Positions 17,698 to 26,882 of a DNA stretch of 64,000 nucleotides are shown here, piece after piece. The DNA comes from an uncultured archaeon (GTDB lineage: Archaea > Aenigmatarchaeota > Aenigmatarchaeia > Aenigmatarchaeales > Aenigmatarchaeaceae). The notes under the pieces are model-generated. The model saw nothing but the letters and a program-made list of their open reading frames with translations, was not told the DNA's origin and did not search any database. A program made the translations under genes and the position numbers. The stretch covers positions 31,234 to 95,233 of the forward strand of contig CAZSPB010000002.1 of NCBI GenBank assembly GCA_964608725.1, read 5' to 3'. The first letter of the stretch is position 1, and the number at the start of each line of letters is the position of its first letter.

Positions 17698-18861
17698 TCA
17701 CTCCCATTTTCCTTTAAATGGAGAAATTTCCCTTAATTTATTAACGACTTTAGGAAGAATATCTAACACATAATTAACATCAGATTCTTTTGTCCACTTT
17801 CCTAAAGTTAATCTTAAACTTCCATGAGCTTCATGAGGTTTTAAACCTATAGCAAGAAGAACATGACTAGGTTCAAGTGTCTCAGAAGAACAAGCTGAAC
17901 CCGTAGAAGCAGCTATTCCATACTCATCTAAATATATTATCAAAGACTCCCCTTCTATGAATGCAAACCAAAAGTTAGCATTATTAGGCAACCTTTTCTT
18001 TGGATGGCCATTCAAATGAGAATTTTCTATTTTTAAAGTACCTTTAATTAACTTATCTCTAAGTTTAGTTAGTCTTCTCGCTTCCCTTTTCATTTCCTTT
18101 TTTCTAAGTTTTACAGCTTCTGCCATTCCTACTATTCCAGCAATATTAACAGTTGAAGATCTTAAACCAAATTCATGACCACCTCCATGCAATATAGGTT
18201 CTATTTTCACCCCTTTTCTTACAAACAAAGCACCAACACCTTTAGGGCCATAAAACTTGTGAGCTGAAATAGAAAGTAAATCAACATTCATTTCATTAAC
18301 ATCAACGGGAATTTTACCAAAACTTTGAACAGCATCTGTATGAAAGTAAACTCCTTTCTCTTTACATATTTCTCCTATTTCTTTTATTGGTTCTATTGTT
18401 CCTATTTCATTGTTTGCATGCATTACAGAAACTAGTATTGTATCCTTTTTTATAGCATTTTCAACATCTTCTGGTCTAACAAAACCATACTTATCAACTG
18501 GAAGTATAGTTATTTTAAATCCATGCTTTTTTAACCAATTAGCAGATTCAAGAACACAATGATGTTCTATGGCACTAGTTATTATATGTCTACCTTTTTT
18601 TCTGTTTGCAAAAGCAACACCTTTTAAGGCCAAATTATTTGCTTCCGTTGCACTGCTAGTAAAAATAATCTCTTCTGGTAAAGCATTCATAAAATTTGCA
18701 ACTATTTCTCTAGAATTTTCTAAAGCTTCTCTAGCTTCTCTTCCAAAAGAATGTAAACTCATACTATTTCCAAATTTTTTTGAAAAATAGGGTTTCATAA
18801 CTCTCAATATTCTTGGGTCTAAAGGAGTAGTTGCTGCATAATCCATATAAATTCTTTTCAT
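17698..18861 (-). CDS. iscS: Cysteine desulfurase IscS/NifS
   Basis: YMDYAATTP, HANNEIG, HTDAVQ, SAHKFYGPKG and STGSACSS motifs. Confidence 0.96.
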   Translation of the reverse strand: MKRIYMDYAATTPLDPRILRVMKPYFSKKFGNSMSLHSFGREAREALENSREIVANFMNALPEEIIFTSSATEANNLALKGVAFANRKKGRHIITSAIEHHCVLESANWLKKHGFKITILPVDKYGFVRPEDVENAIKKDTILVSVMHANNEIGTIEPIKEIGEICKEKGVYFHTDAVQSFGKIPVDVNEMNVDLLSISAHKFYGPKGVGALFVRKGVKIEPILHGGGHEFGLRSSTVNIAGIVGMAEAVKLRKKEMKREARRLTKLRDKLIKGTLKIENSHLNGHPKKRLPNNANFWFAFIEGESLIIYLDEYGIAASTGSACSSETLEPSHVLLAIGLKPHEAHGSLRLTLGKWTKESDVNYVLDILPKVVNKLREISPFKGKWE

Positions 18862-18940
18862 AATAGAATATAACAGTGTTATTTTATTTAAAATTTACTT
18901 TTCATAAGATTTAAATAGAAAAAATTGATAAAAGATTGCT

Positions 18941-19528
18941 ATGCCTTATGAACAATATTTATCAGCAGGGATGCATATTGGAATGAAACAGCAAACGAAA
19001 CACATGAAGAGTTTTATTTACAAAGTTAGAGAAGATGGGCTTGCTATATTAGATCTACAATCTATAGAAAAAAGGATAAAAATAGCAGCTAAGTTTTTAT
19101 CAAGATTTGAAAGAATAATGGTTGTTTGTAGGAAAGTTGTAGGTTGGAAGGCTGTTAAAAAGTTTGCTGAAATTGTAGGAGGTAAAGCTGTAACAGGGCG
19201 TTTCTTACCAGGAACTATAACTAACCCCTCTTTTCCTGGATATTATGAGCCTGAAGTTCTTCTTGTTACAGATCCTTTATATGATTCTCAAGCAATGAAA
19301 GAAGCTGTAAAAATGCATATTCCTATAGTTGCTTTATGTGATACTTCTAATGAGACAGAACTTGTAGATCTTATAATACCTGTGAATAATAAAGGGAGAA
19401 AATCTATTGCTATGGTTTATTGGCTTCTTGCAAAAGAAATATTAAAGGAAAGGAAAGTCATAAAAGAAGATGCTGAATTTAAGTATAAACTAGAAGAATT
19501 TGAAGCTAAAGAAAGGAAAAAAGGATAA
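18941..19528 (+). CDS. rps2: 30S ribosomal protein S2 (uS2)
   Basis: YLSAGMHIG, GRFLPGTITNP, DSQAMKEA and PVNNKG motifs. Confidence 0.97.
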   Translation: MPYEQYLSAGMHIGMKQQTKHMKSFIYKVREDGLAILDLQSIEKRIKIAAKFLSRFERIMVVCRKVVGWKAVKKFAEIVGGKAVTGRFLPGTITNPSFPGYYEPEVLLVTDPLYDSQAMKEAVKMHIPIVALCDTSNETELVDLIIPVNNKGRKSIAMVYWLLAKEILKERKVIKEDAEFKYKLEEFEAKERKKG

Positions 19529-19553
19529 AAATTTTAAATTTCTAATTGAATCC

Positions 19554-20048
19554 ATGAAAAAACCATATTCATATTTTGCTAGGGCCATTAGAGGTGGAAG
19601 AGAAAATCTTGAAAATTCTAAAATAATAGTGTCTGAAATGGAAAAGTATTCAATAGTTCTTAGTAAGCACACTGTTAGCAATAATGTTGAAAAATTTGAA
19701 AAAGAATGGAGAAAAAAACATCCTGAAATGAATGTTTTTCAAAGAGATATGAAATGGTTAAGAATGTCAAAATATTTTGTTGCTGATATAACTGTAGAGA
19801 GTAGTGGCCTCGGTTATGAAATATGTGTAGCTTATGAAAGGAAAATACCAATGGTTTTATTTTCTCATGAAAATACAAGGAATAGGCCAACAATTAGATT
19901 ACATATTGAAGGTAAAACAATGGAATTAACTCTAGAAAAGTTATTAGATTTTCATAACATTCAGATTCCAACAATTTTTTATAATGATGAAAATATAAAA
20001 GAAATTGCAGAAATAGAAATTAGAAATCTTTTCACAAAGAGGATATAA
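19554..20048 (+). CDS. Nucleoside 2-deoxyribosyltransferase / Rcl-like N-glycosidase
   Basis: YFARAIRGG, FQRDMKWL and SSGLGYEI motifs. Start moved to ATG 19554. Confidence 0.7.
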   Translation: MKKPYSYFARAIRGGRENLENSKIIVSEMEKYSIVLSKHTVSNNVEKFEKEWRKKHPEMNVFQRDMKWLRMSKYFVADITVESSGLGYEICVAYERKIPMVLFSHENTRNRPTIRLHIEGKTMELTLEKLLDFHNIQIPTIFYNDENIKEIAEIEIRNLFTKRI

Positions 20049-20076
20049 TTTAAATCTAAAAACCTTAATTCTTTTT

Positions 20077-20931
20077 ATGAAAATAAGAAATCCTGTAGTA
20101 GCTGGAACTTTTTATCCTTTAAGTAGTGAAGAATTAAGGAGAATGATAAAAGATTTCTTAGATAAAGCTGAAGGAAGCGAAAGAAATGTTATGGGAATAG
20201 TTTCACCTCATGCTGGTTATATTTATTGTGGGAAAGTTGCTGCTTCTGTTTACAAATTAATTAAGAAAAATTTTGATACCGTTGTTTTATTAGGCCCTAA
20301 TCATAGTGGTTCTGGTTCAGGAGTTGCAACTCTAGGGGGCATATGGAAAACTCCTTTAGGTTCTGTTGAAACAGATGAAGATTTCATTAGAGAAATAACA
20401 GAAGATTCTCTCATAATAGAAGACTTTAGATCTCATGTTATAGAACATTCTATAGAAGTTCAAATACCATGGCTTCAATTCAAATTTCAAAAGTTTAAGA
20501 TAGTTCCTATAACAATAAATCCTATTTACTTTGATGAAGAAAGTTGTAAAGAAATAGGAGAAAAAATAGCAAATGCTTCAATAAAACTTAAAAGAAAGAT
20601 TTTGTTGGTTGCAAGTAGCGATTTCACTCATTATGGCTCTATGTATGGCTATGTTCCTTTCCGAGGAACATCTTCTTTCATATTAAAAAAAATAAAGGAG
20701 AATGATATGGAAGTTATAAAGTTAATAGAAAAAATAATGCCTGAAGAAGTCATAAAAGTTTGTAAAGAGAAGAACTTAAGTATTTGTGGTTATGGTTGTA
20801 TTGCTTCAATGCTATTTTCTTTAAAAAAACTGAAAGCAGAAAAGGGAAAACTCATAAAGTATTCTACTAGTTTTGAAGTTTCAAGAAATGTTGATGCCAT
20901 AGTTGGATATGCTGGAATAGTAATTTATTAA
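20077..20931 (+). CDS. MEMO1 family protein (AmmeMemoRadiSam protein B)
   Basis: VAGTFYP, SPHAGYIY, GPNH, EHSIEVQ, SSDFTHYG, SICGYG and VGYA motifs. Confidence 0.93.
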   Translation: MKIRNPVVAGTFYPLSSEELRRMIKDFLDKAEGSERNVMGIVSPHAGYIYCGKVAASVYKLIKKNFDTVVLLGPNHSGSGSGVATLGGIWKTPLGSVETDEDFIREITEDSLIIEDFRSHVIEHSIEVQIPWLQFKFQKFKIVPITINPIYFDEESCKEIGEKIANASIKLKRKILLVASSDFTHYGSMYGYVPFRGTSSFILKKIKENDMEVIKLIEKIMPEEVIKVCKEKNLSICGYGCIASMLFSLKKLKAEKGKLIKYSTSFEVSRNVDAIVGYAGIVIY

Positions 20932-20967
20932 GCAAAAATAAAAAGTTTTTTATTCATTTAATTTTAT

Positions 20968-21429
20968 ATGTCCGTTTTCAGAGAGGTCCTGGAAAATTAC
21001 GCAGACAAAGTAGCTATCCTGACAGCAGATTTTATAGAAGAAATAGATTCATATGCAGAATTTGATGAGTGTGTAAGAGAAAAGGCAGAAAAATTCCAAG
21101 AAAATATAATGGGAATAACAAAATATTTTATTAAAGGCCTGAAAGTTACAAGGCCCATTACAAGACTCTCTGAAAATATACATGAAACAGTTGTTGATTA
21201 CCTGTTGGGAAATAAAGAAATTAAAGAATCTCATAATTTAGTTAGCGTAAAAGAAATTTTAACCGAAATAGAAGAGTATTTTATAAGTAAGTTTGAGAAC
21301 TTTCCAACTCTTAAACGTACACACAGAATTTACTTTCCTTTAATTAAGAAAATCCTTGAAGAAAACATTAGAAAATATAGACCTGATATATTTCGAATGA
21401 TGAACCCCGGGCAAAAAACATTAGAATAA
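20968..21429 (+). CDS. Hypothetical protein
   Basis: 153 aa open frame filling the MEMO1-gltX gap. No motif recognised. Confidence 0.6.
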   Translation: MSVFREVLENYADKVAILTADFIEEIDSYAEFDECVREKAEKFQENIMGITKYFIKGLKVTRPITRLSENIHETVVDYLLGNKEIKESHNLVSVKEILTEIEEYFISKFENFPTLKRTHRIYFPLIKKILEENIRKYRPDIFRMMNPGQKTLE

Positions 21430-21473
21430 TAACTAAATTAGTTTTATTAAATTCGATTTCTAAAATATAAGCT

Positions 21474-23102
21474 ATGAAAAAAATCATAAAAAAGCATGCT
21501 CTTTTAAATGCTGTTGAATATAAAGGGAGAGCTCAGGTTCAGGCCGTATTAGGTAAAATACTTGCAGAAAAACCAGAATTAAAAAAAGATATTAAAAAGT
21601 TGAAGAAGGAAGTTGAAAAGATAGTTAAAGAAGTAAATAAGTTATCCTTAGAAAAACAAAAAGAAGAACTCAAAAAATTTGGGAAAATAAAAAAGAAAAA
21701 ACCAAAAGAAAGAGTTGGTTTACCAGAACTTCCAAATGCGAAAAAAGGAAAAGTTATTACAAGGTTTGCACCAGAGCCAAATGGTTATTTGCACTTTGGC
21801 CATTTAAAAGCTGCTTTTTTGAGTTATTTGTACGCAAAAAAATACAAAGGGAAATGTTATTTAAGATTTGAAGATACTAACCCTCAAAAAGAAAAGAAAG
21901 AGTATTATAAAGCTATAAGAGAAGATTTGAAAGCTTTTGGAATAAAATTTGACAAAGAATTCTTAGAGTCGGATTATATGGAAACTTTTTATAAGTATGC
22001 AGAAAAACTAATTAAAAAAGGTTACTTTTATGTTTGTAATTGTCCTCAAGAAAAAATTAAGAAAATGAGAGCTGAAGGAAAAGCATGTTCTTGTAGAGAA
22101 AGAAGTATTAAAGAAAACTTAGAGTTATGGAAAAAAATGTTGAAAAATGCAAAAGAAGGTTCAATGATAGTTAGGTTTAAAACTGATCCTTCTCATGAAA
22201 ATCCAGCTTTAAGAGATCCTAGCATGTTTAGGATAATAGAAGCACCTCATCCTTTGAAAGGTAAAAAGTATAGAGTTTACCCTTTATACAATTTTGCTTG
22301 TGTTGTAATGGACCATATTTTAAAAATCACTCATGTTTTAAGAGATAAAGGTTTCGAAAATGATGCAAAGATACAAGAAATGCTTTATAAAGCATTAGGG
22401 TGGAAGATTCCTGTTATAATCCAATTTGGTAGAATAAAAACTGTTGCTGGAATTCCAATGAAAAAGAGAAAAATAAAAAAGCTTATAGAAGAAGGAAAGT
22501 TAAAGAGTTTTGAAGATATAAGGATACCTACTCCAAGGAACTTGTTAAAGAGAGGTTTTAAACCAGAAGCTATAAAAAGACTTATAGAAGAGATAGGCCC
22601 TAGTAAAGCTGATATAAACATAAGTTTTGAAACTTTAGCAAGTTACAACAGACAAATAATAGACCCTATAGCTAATCGTTACTTTTTCATTTCAGAACCA
22701 TTTCAAATAGAGTTGGATAAATTAGTTGCAAAAATTATAAAGGCCCCTTTACACCCTAATAAAAAAGTTTATAGAAGAATTCCTGCTACTAAAAAAATTT
22801 TTATTGAAAAATTAGATTTTGTTCAATACAAAAATAAAGAAGTAAGGCTAATGCACTTTTGTAACATTTTGTTAGGAAAAAAGTCGAAAGTTACTGGAAA
22901 AAAGTTGAAAAATATTCCTAAGATTCATTGGGTTAGTACTAAGAATTTTAAAGTAAAGTTAATAATGCCAGATGGTAGAGAGGTAAATGGCCTTGCTGAG
23001 CCAGAAGTTAAAAAAGTGAAAAAAGATGATATAGTTCAACTCGAAAGAGTTGGCTTCGCGAGATGTGAGAAGAAAGGATTATTTTATTTTGCTCACAAAT
23101 GA
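21474..23102 (+). CDS. gltX: Glutamate--tRNA ligase (archaeal type)
   Basis: NAVEYKGRA N-terminus, TRFAPEPNGYLHFGH, LRFEDTNP, YVCNC and YPLYNFA motifs. Confidence 0.96.
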   Translation: MKKIIKKHALLNAVEYKGRAQVQAVLGKILAEKPELKKDIKKLKKEVEKIVKEVNKLSLEKQKEELKKFGKIKKKKPKERVGLPELPNAKKGKVITRFAPEPNGYLHFGHLKAAFLSYLYAKKYKGKCYLRFEDTNPQKEKKEYYKAIREDLKAFGIKFDKEFLESDYMETFYKYAEKLIKKGYFYVCNCPQEKIKKMRAEGKACSCRERSIKENLELWKKMLKNAKEGSMIVRFKTDPSHENPALRDPSMFRIIEAPHPLKGKKYRVYPLYNFACVVMDHILKITHVLRDKGFENDAKIQEMLYKALGWKIPVIIQFGRIKTVAGIPMKKRKIKKLIEEGKLKSFEDIRIPTPRNLLKRGFKPEAIKRLIEEIGPSKADINISFETLASYNRQIIDPIANRYFFISEPFQIELDKLVAKIIKAPLHPNKKVYRRIPATKKIFIEKLDFVQYKNKEVRLMHFCNILLGKKSKVTGKKLKNIPKIHWVSTKNFKVKLIMPDGREVNGLAEPEVKKVKKDDIVQLERVGFARCEKKGLFYFAHK

Positions 23103-23106
23103 TATT

Positions 23107-23643
23107 ATGAAGAAAAATATTTTAATAGCAATTTGGTTACTCATCATAGGTTTAATCACATTCATCCTTGGGATAAATTCGAGTGAAATGTTACTTGAGA
23201 TAATAGGTGCTATCCTCATAATATTGTCTACATTCTTCATTTACGTTGAGCTAACTAAAGAGAAAGAAGAAACTGTTATAATATTTCCTGAAGAAGGTTA
23301 TAAACCAATCCTTTCAACTAAAAGAAAAGCCAAGAAAAAAATTAGAATCCTTTTTTTCATGTCTTTGTTAGTAGGAACTATAATCGTAATTATTTTAGGA
23401 AATTTAATAAACACTTATGGTTTTTCCCATCCTTATCTTTCTTTACAAGATGCTGTGAATAGAGGGTGTGTTGAATTATCGAAAAGGGGTTGTAAAGATC
23501 CTTCATCAATAATTGTTTTATATGATGTTAACAACGATGGAATAATTGGAGGGAAAGAAGATACTCTTACTAACTTGCTTGCAAAGTATAATTGTACTGG
23601 AGATTGTGTTTTATTAAGATGTGGTTGTCCTATTAACGTTTAA
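23107..23643 (+). CDS. Three-TM membrane protein with a Cys-rich C-terminal domain and a DxNxDG Ca-binding-like loop
   Basis: Hydrophobic segments, then GCVELSKRGC...YDVNNDGII...CTGDCVLLRCGC. Start moved to ATG 23107. Confidence 0.7.
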   Translation: MKKNILIAIWLLIIGLITFILGINSSEMLLEIIGAILIILSTFFIYVELTKEKEETVIIFPEEGYKPILSTKRKAKKKIRILFFMSLLVGTIIVIILGNLINTYGFSHPYLSLQDAVNRGCVELSKRGCKDPSSIIVLYDVNNDGIIGGKEDTLTNLLAKYNCTGDCVLLRCGCPINV

Positions 23644-23697
23644 ATACTTTACAAATAGAATAAAAATAAAATGAACCAATGAAAAGAGGTGAGTTTT

Positions 23698-24018
23698 ATG
23701 GATGAAGAAAAAATTTTGCATGCTGTTGAAGTAGCTAGAGATACTGGGAAAGTAAAAGTTGGAACAAATGAAACTACAAAAGCTGTTGAAAGAGGTATAG
23801 CTAAACTTGTTATTATTGCTGAAGATGTTGATCCAAAAGAAATAGTTATGCATTTACCTCCATTGTGCGATGAAAAGAAAATACCTTACGTTAAAGTTAA
23901 GAGTAAATTGGAACTTGGAAGAGCAGCTGGTATAGATGTTGCTGCTGCTTCTGTTGCTATAGTTGAAGAAGGAGATGCTAAAAAAGATATAGAAGAGATA
24001 GTTAAATCTAAAGAGTGA
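23698..24018 (+). CDS. rpl7ae: 50S ribosomal protein L7Ae (eL8)
   Basis: [19 protein letters not shown] and LGRAAG motifs. SD GAGGTGA before ATG 23698. Confidence 0.97.
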   Translation: MDEEKILHAVEVARDTGKVKVGTNETTKAVERGIAKLVIIAEDVDPKEIVMHLPPLCDEKKIPYVKVKSKLELGRAAGIDVAAASVAIVEEGDAKKDIEEIVKSKE

Positions 24019-24022
24019 TTGA

Positions 24023-24229
24023 ATGGAAGAAGCTATCCCTGCTGAAGTTGTGCAAGTGTTAGGGAGAACTGGAATAAAAGGTGTAGTTCAAGTTAGATGT
24101 AAAGTTCTTGAAGGAAAAGATGCTGGGAAAGTTTTAGTTAGGAATGTTGTTGGCCCAGTCAGAATAGGAGATATTCTAATGTTAAGAGAGACTGAAATGG
24201 AAACTGCTGGAAAATTGGATGTGAGATGA
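24023..24229 (+). CDS. rps28e: 30S ribosomal protein S28e
   Basis: [12 protein letters not shown] and [15 protein letters not shown] motifs. Confidence 0.96.
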   Translation: MEEAIPAEVVQVLGRTGIKGVVQVRCKVLEGKDAGKVLVRNVVGPVRIGDILMLRETEMETAGKLDVR

Positions 24230-24396
24230 TGAAGTGCAGTTTTTGCAAAAAGGAAATAGAGCAAGGAAGAGGATTGATGTTCGTTAAAAACGATGGGAGT
24301 ATTTTTTATTTTTGTAGTTCAAAATGTTGGAAAAATTTCAAGCTTGGGAGAGATCCTTCAAGAGTTAAATGGGCAAAGACTCAAGAGAGAAGATGA
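24226..24396 (+). CDS. rpl24e: 50S ribosomal protein L24e
   Basis: Not in the ORF track. 56 aa [51 protein letters not shown]; completes the L7Ae-S28e-L24e cluster. Confidence 0.96.
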   Translation: MMKCSFCKKEIEQGRGLMFVKNDGSIFYFCSSKCWKNFKLGRDPSRVKWAKTQERR

Positions 24397-25406
24397 ACAT
24401 TTCCTATCCTAACTTTTTCCAAATATTCTTTCGCTATTTTAAAACATTTTTCTGCAAATTTTCTGGTTGTAGTTGGTAAATCGCTCATTTCATAAGCTCC
24501 ATAAAAAGCTAAAAGGGAATATGGTATTGAAGGATCTAAATTCGATATGAATTTAACTATTTTTTCAATTTCTTCTAAATCAACATAGTAAGGGATAAGT
24601 AAAGTTGAAGCTGATAAAAAGGGCTCCTCTCTTTTCTTATGAAGTTTTGAAAGCAAAGAGAAGTTTTTGTAAACTTGCTTGTTTGAAGTACCACTTAAGG
24701 CTATAGAAAGCTTCTCTGACCAAAATTTTAAATCAAATTTTATTGTTCCTCCACTTTCAAAACAAAGCTTTGCAATCTTTTTGAGTAAGTATGGATTTTC
24801 TAATCCATTCGTTTCTAAACAAATTCTAACTTTTTTCTTTACTATTTTTGCAGTTTCTATAGCATGTAAAATTTGGGGTGAAGGATCACCACCAAAAAAG
24901 CAAATGCATTTTGTTTCCTCATCTACTTTTTTTGCTAACTCTTTTGCTGAAATTAGAGGTTTTAATTCTTTAGTTAAATATTTGAAATGCCAGTTTTGGC
25001 AAAACAAACAAGAAAATGAACAAGCACCATAAAAAATTGCTAAGTTTTTTCCATTTTCTTTTGAGCTCTGACAAAACCAAGAATTTACACAGTTCGTGGG
25101 TAAAGGATCATAATACCATTGTAACAAACCTTTTTCAGGAGTTCCAGCTAATCTAACTATTTTGTTGTTAACGTTTTTAACTAAACCACAATACCCTTTT
25201 CCGCCTTTTGGAATTCTACATTTGTTAGCGCAAATTCCACACAACAAGCCATTTCTTGGTGGAAAGGTTGGTAAACCAAATTTTCTTCTTGCAATTTCAT
25301 GAGCTCTTTTGATGAAAGGTTTTGCTTCTTTCCATTTCTTTTTTATACAATTTCCACAAACTTTTAAAAATGAAGATGCTTCTCCTGAGCACAAAGAACA
25401 TTTCAT
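24381..25406 (-). CDS. Radical SAM protein (AmmeMemoRadiSam / PflA-like)
   Basis: N-terminal CxxC pairs, CxxCxxx[23 protein letters not shown] and ETNG motifs. Confidence 0.88.
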   Translation of the reverse strand: MKCSLCSGEASSFLKVCGNCIKKKWKEAKPFIKRAHEIARRKFGLPTFPPRNGLLCGICANKCRIPKGGKGYCGLVKNVNNKIVRLAGTPEKGLLQWYYDPLPTNCVNSWFCQSSKENGKNLAIFYGACSFSCLFCQNWHFKYLTKELKPLISAKELAKKVDEETKCICFFGGDPSPQILHAIETAKIVKKKVRICLETNGLENPYLLKKIAKLCFESGGTIKFDLKFWSEKLSIALSGTSNKQVYKNFSLLSKLHKKREEPFLSASTLLIPYYVDLEEIEKIVKFISNLDPSIPYSLLAFYGAYEMSDLPTTTRKFAEKCFKIAKEYLEKVRIGNVHLLS

Positions 25407-25517
25407 GTTAATTAATTTAAAAAACTAATTAAAATTTTTATCGTTTTTTGTCGAAGTTAAATTTAAGTTATGACGTAAATTTAAATAGATTTTATTATAA
25501 ATAAAATTGGTGAAAAA

Positions 25518-25715
25518 ATGGGCAATTTAGCTCCAAGATGCAGATTAGAAGTTCTTTATAATATAGCTAAAGAACATGGAATGTTTGAAGGAAAAAGTGA
25601 AAAGGAAGCATATGAAATTTTTGAGAAAGAAGTCCTCACTCCTGAAATAATAAGAGAATATTGTAAGGCATGTGGGGATATAGAATGCTCAAGGAAAGAC
25701 TCATTAAAGATTTAA
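25518..25715 (+). CDS. Hypothetical small protein
   Basis: 65 aa with native codon style; CKACGDIEC motif. Confidence 0.55.
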   Translation: MGNLAPRCRLEVLYNIAKEHGMFEGKSEKEAYEIFEKEVLTPEIIREYCKACGDIECSRKDSLKI

Positions 25716-26449
25716 GAGAGTTTGGACTTACAGAATATGAAGCAAAAGCATATTTGGCTCTCACTCTCTATGGCCCTTCAACTGCTTCTTTGATTTCAGA
25801 AAAAAGTAAAATACCTCAATCAAAGATTTATAATGTCTTGAAATCTTTAGTTTCAAAATCTTTGGCAGAATATTGGGATGGAAAACCATTAAGGTATAGG
25901 GCTGTAGAGCCTCTCATTGCTTTAAGAAAAATGATAGAAGAAAAAAAGATGGCCATTGAAAAACTAAAAGAAAAATCTAATTTCATTGCAAATCAGTTAA
26001 AGCCTTTAAAAAATGAAGAATTCGATTTATGGTCTTCAAAAGGTAAAAAAGCTTTTCTTGAAAAAGCTGCTGAAATGGTGAATAGAGCTAAAAAATTCGG
26101 AATTGCAACAACTTCAAGATTCTCAAGGTATCCTATATTAGATAGAGCTTACTTAAAGGCTTTAAAAAGAGGAGTGAAAATAAGGATGCTTGGAACTTCT
26201 TCATTAGACGAGGCAAAAAAAGCTAGGGCCTTATGGTATTATAAAAAAGGAGCAGAAATAAGGATTTTACCAATGAGTGTACATCCTATTCTTGGAATAG
26301 TTGATGACAAAGAAGTTTGTGTAAGAATTGATAATTCTCAAGAACCGGATTTCATCTGGAGTAACAATCCTGCTTTGATCAATGTTTTTAAAACTTACTT
26401 TGAAGAGTTGTGGGAAAGAGGGAAAGAATTTGATATTTATTTAAGTTAA
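25685..26449 (+). CDS. TrmB family transcriptional regulator
   Basis: FGLTEYEAKAYLAL, SKIPQSKIYNVLKSL, YRAVEP and a C-terminal PLD-like effector domain. Confidence 0.9.
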   Translation: MLKERLIKDLREFGLTEYEAKAYLALTLYGPSTASLISEKSKIPQSKIYNVLKSLVSKSLAEYWDGKPLRYRAVEPLIALRKMIEEKKMAIEKLKEKSNFIANQLKPLKNEEFDLWSSKGKKAFLEKAAEMVNRAKKFGIATTSRFSRYPILDRAYLKALKRGVKIRMLGTSSLDEAKKARALWYYKKGAEIRILPMSVHPILGIVDDKEVCVRIDNSQEPDFIWSNNPALINVFKTYFEELWERGKEFDIYLS

Positions 26450-26463
26450 AACAAAAATATTCA

Positions 26464-26859
26464 ATGCCTTTTATACTTTTAGTCACTGCTTTGATAAAAA
26501 GAAGAAACAAATTGCTTATTTTGCAAAGGAGCAAGAGAAGTAAAGTTAACAAAGAAAAATGGCAATTTCCAGAAGGGAAGGTAAAATATTCAGAAAACCT
26601 CATTGAAGCTTTAAGAAGAGAAATAAAAGAAGAGACAAATTTTGAATTAATAAAGGCTAGACTTTATGGAGTTCATTTAGGCTTTTTGAAAATTGGATAT
26701 GGAAAAATAAGAATATTAAGAATTTTGTTTGAATGTAAAGTTAAAGGGAAATTAAAACTATCAAAAGAACATCAAAATTTTTTATGGGTTTCTCCAAATG
26801 ATCTGGAAAAATTTGATTTTGTAAAGAGTTTTTCTTTCAAAGATGTAATAACAATTTAA
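26464..26859 (+). CDS. NUDIX hydrolase
   Basis: Nudix box GKVKYSENLIEALRREIKEETNF. Confidence 0.9.
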   Translation: MPFILLVTALIKRRNKLLILQRSKRSKVNKEKWQFPEGKVKYSENLIEALRREIKEETNFELIKARLYGVHLGFLKIGYGKIRILRILFECKVKGKLKLSKEHQNFLWVSPNDLEKFDFVKSFSFKDVITI

Positions 26860-26882
26860 GTGAGAAAAAACAACTAAAAATA

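Noticed and set aside
25450-25474. Imperfect dyad upstream of the TrmB operon as a possible operator
   Set aside because: Several mismatches in AT-rich DNA; not distinguishable from background.
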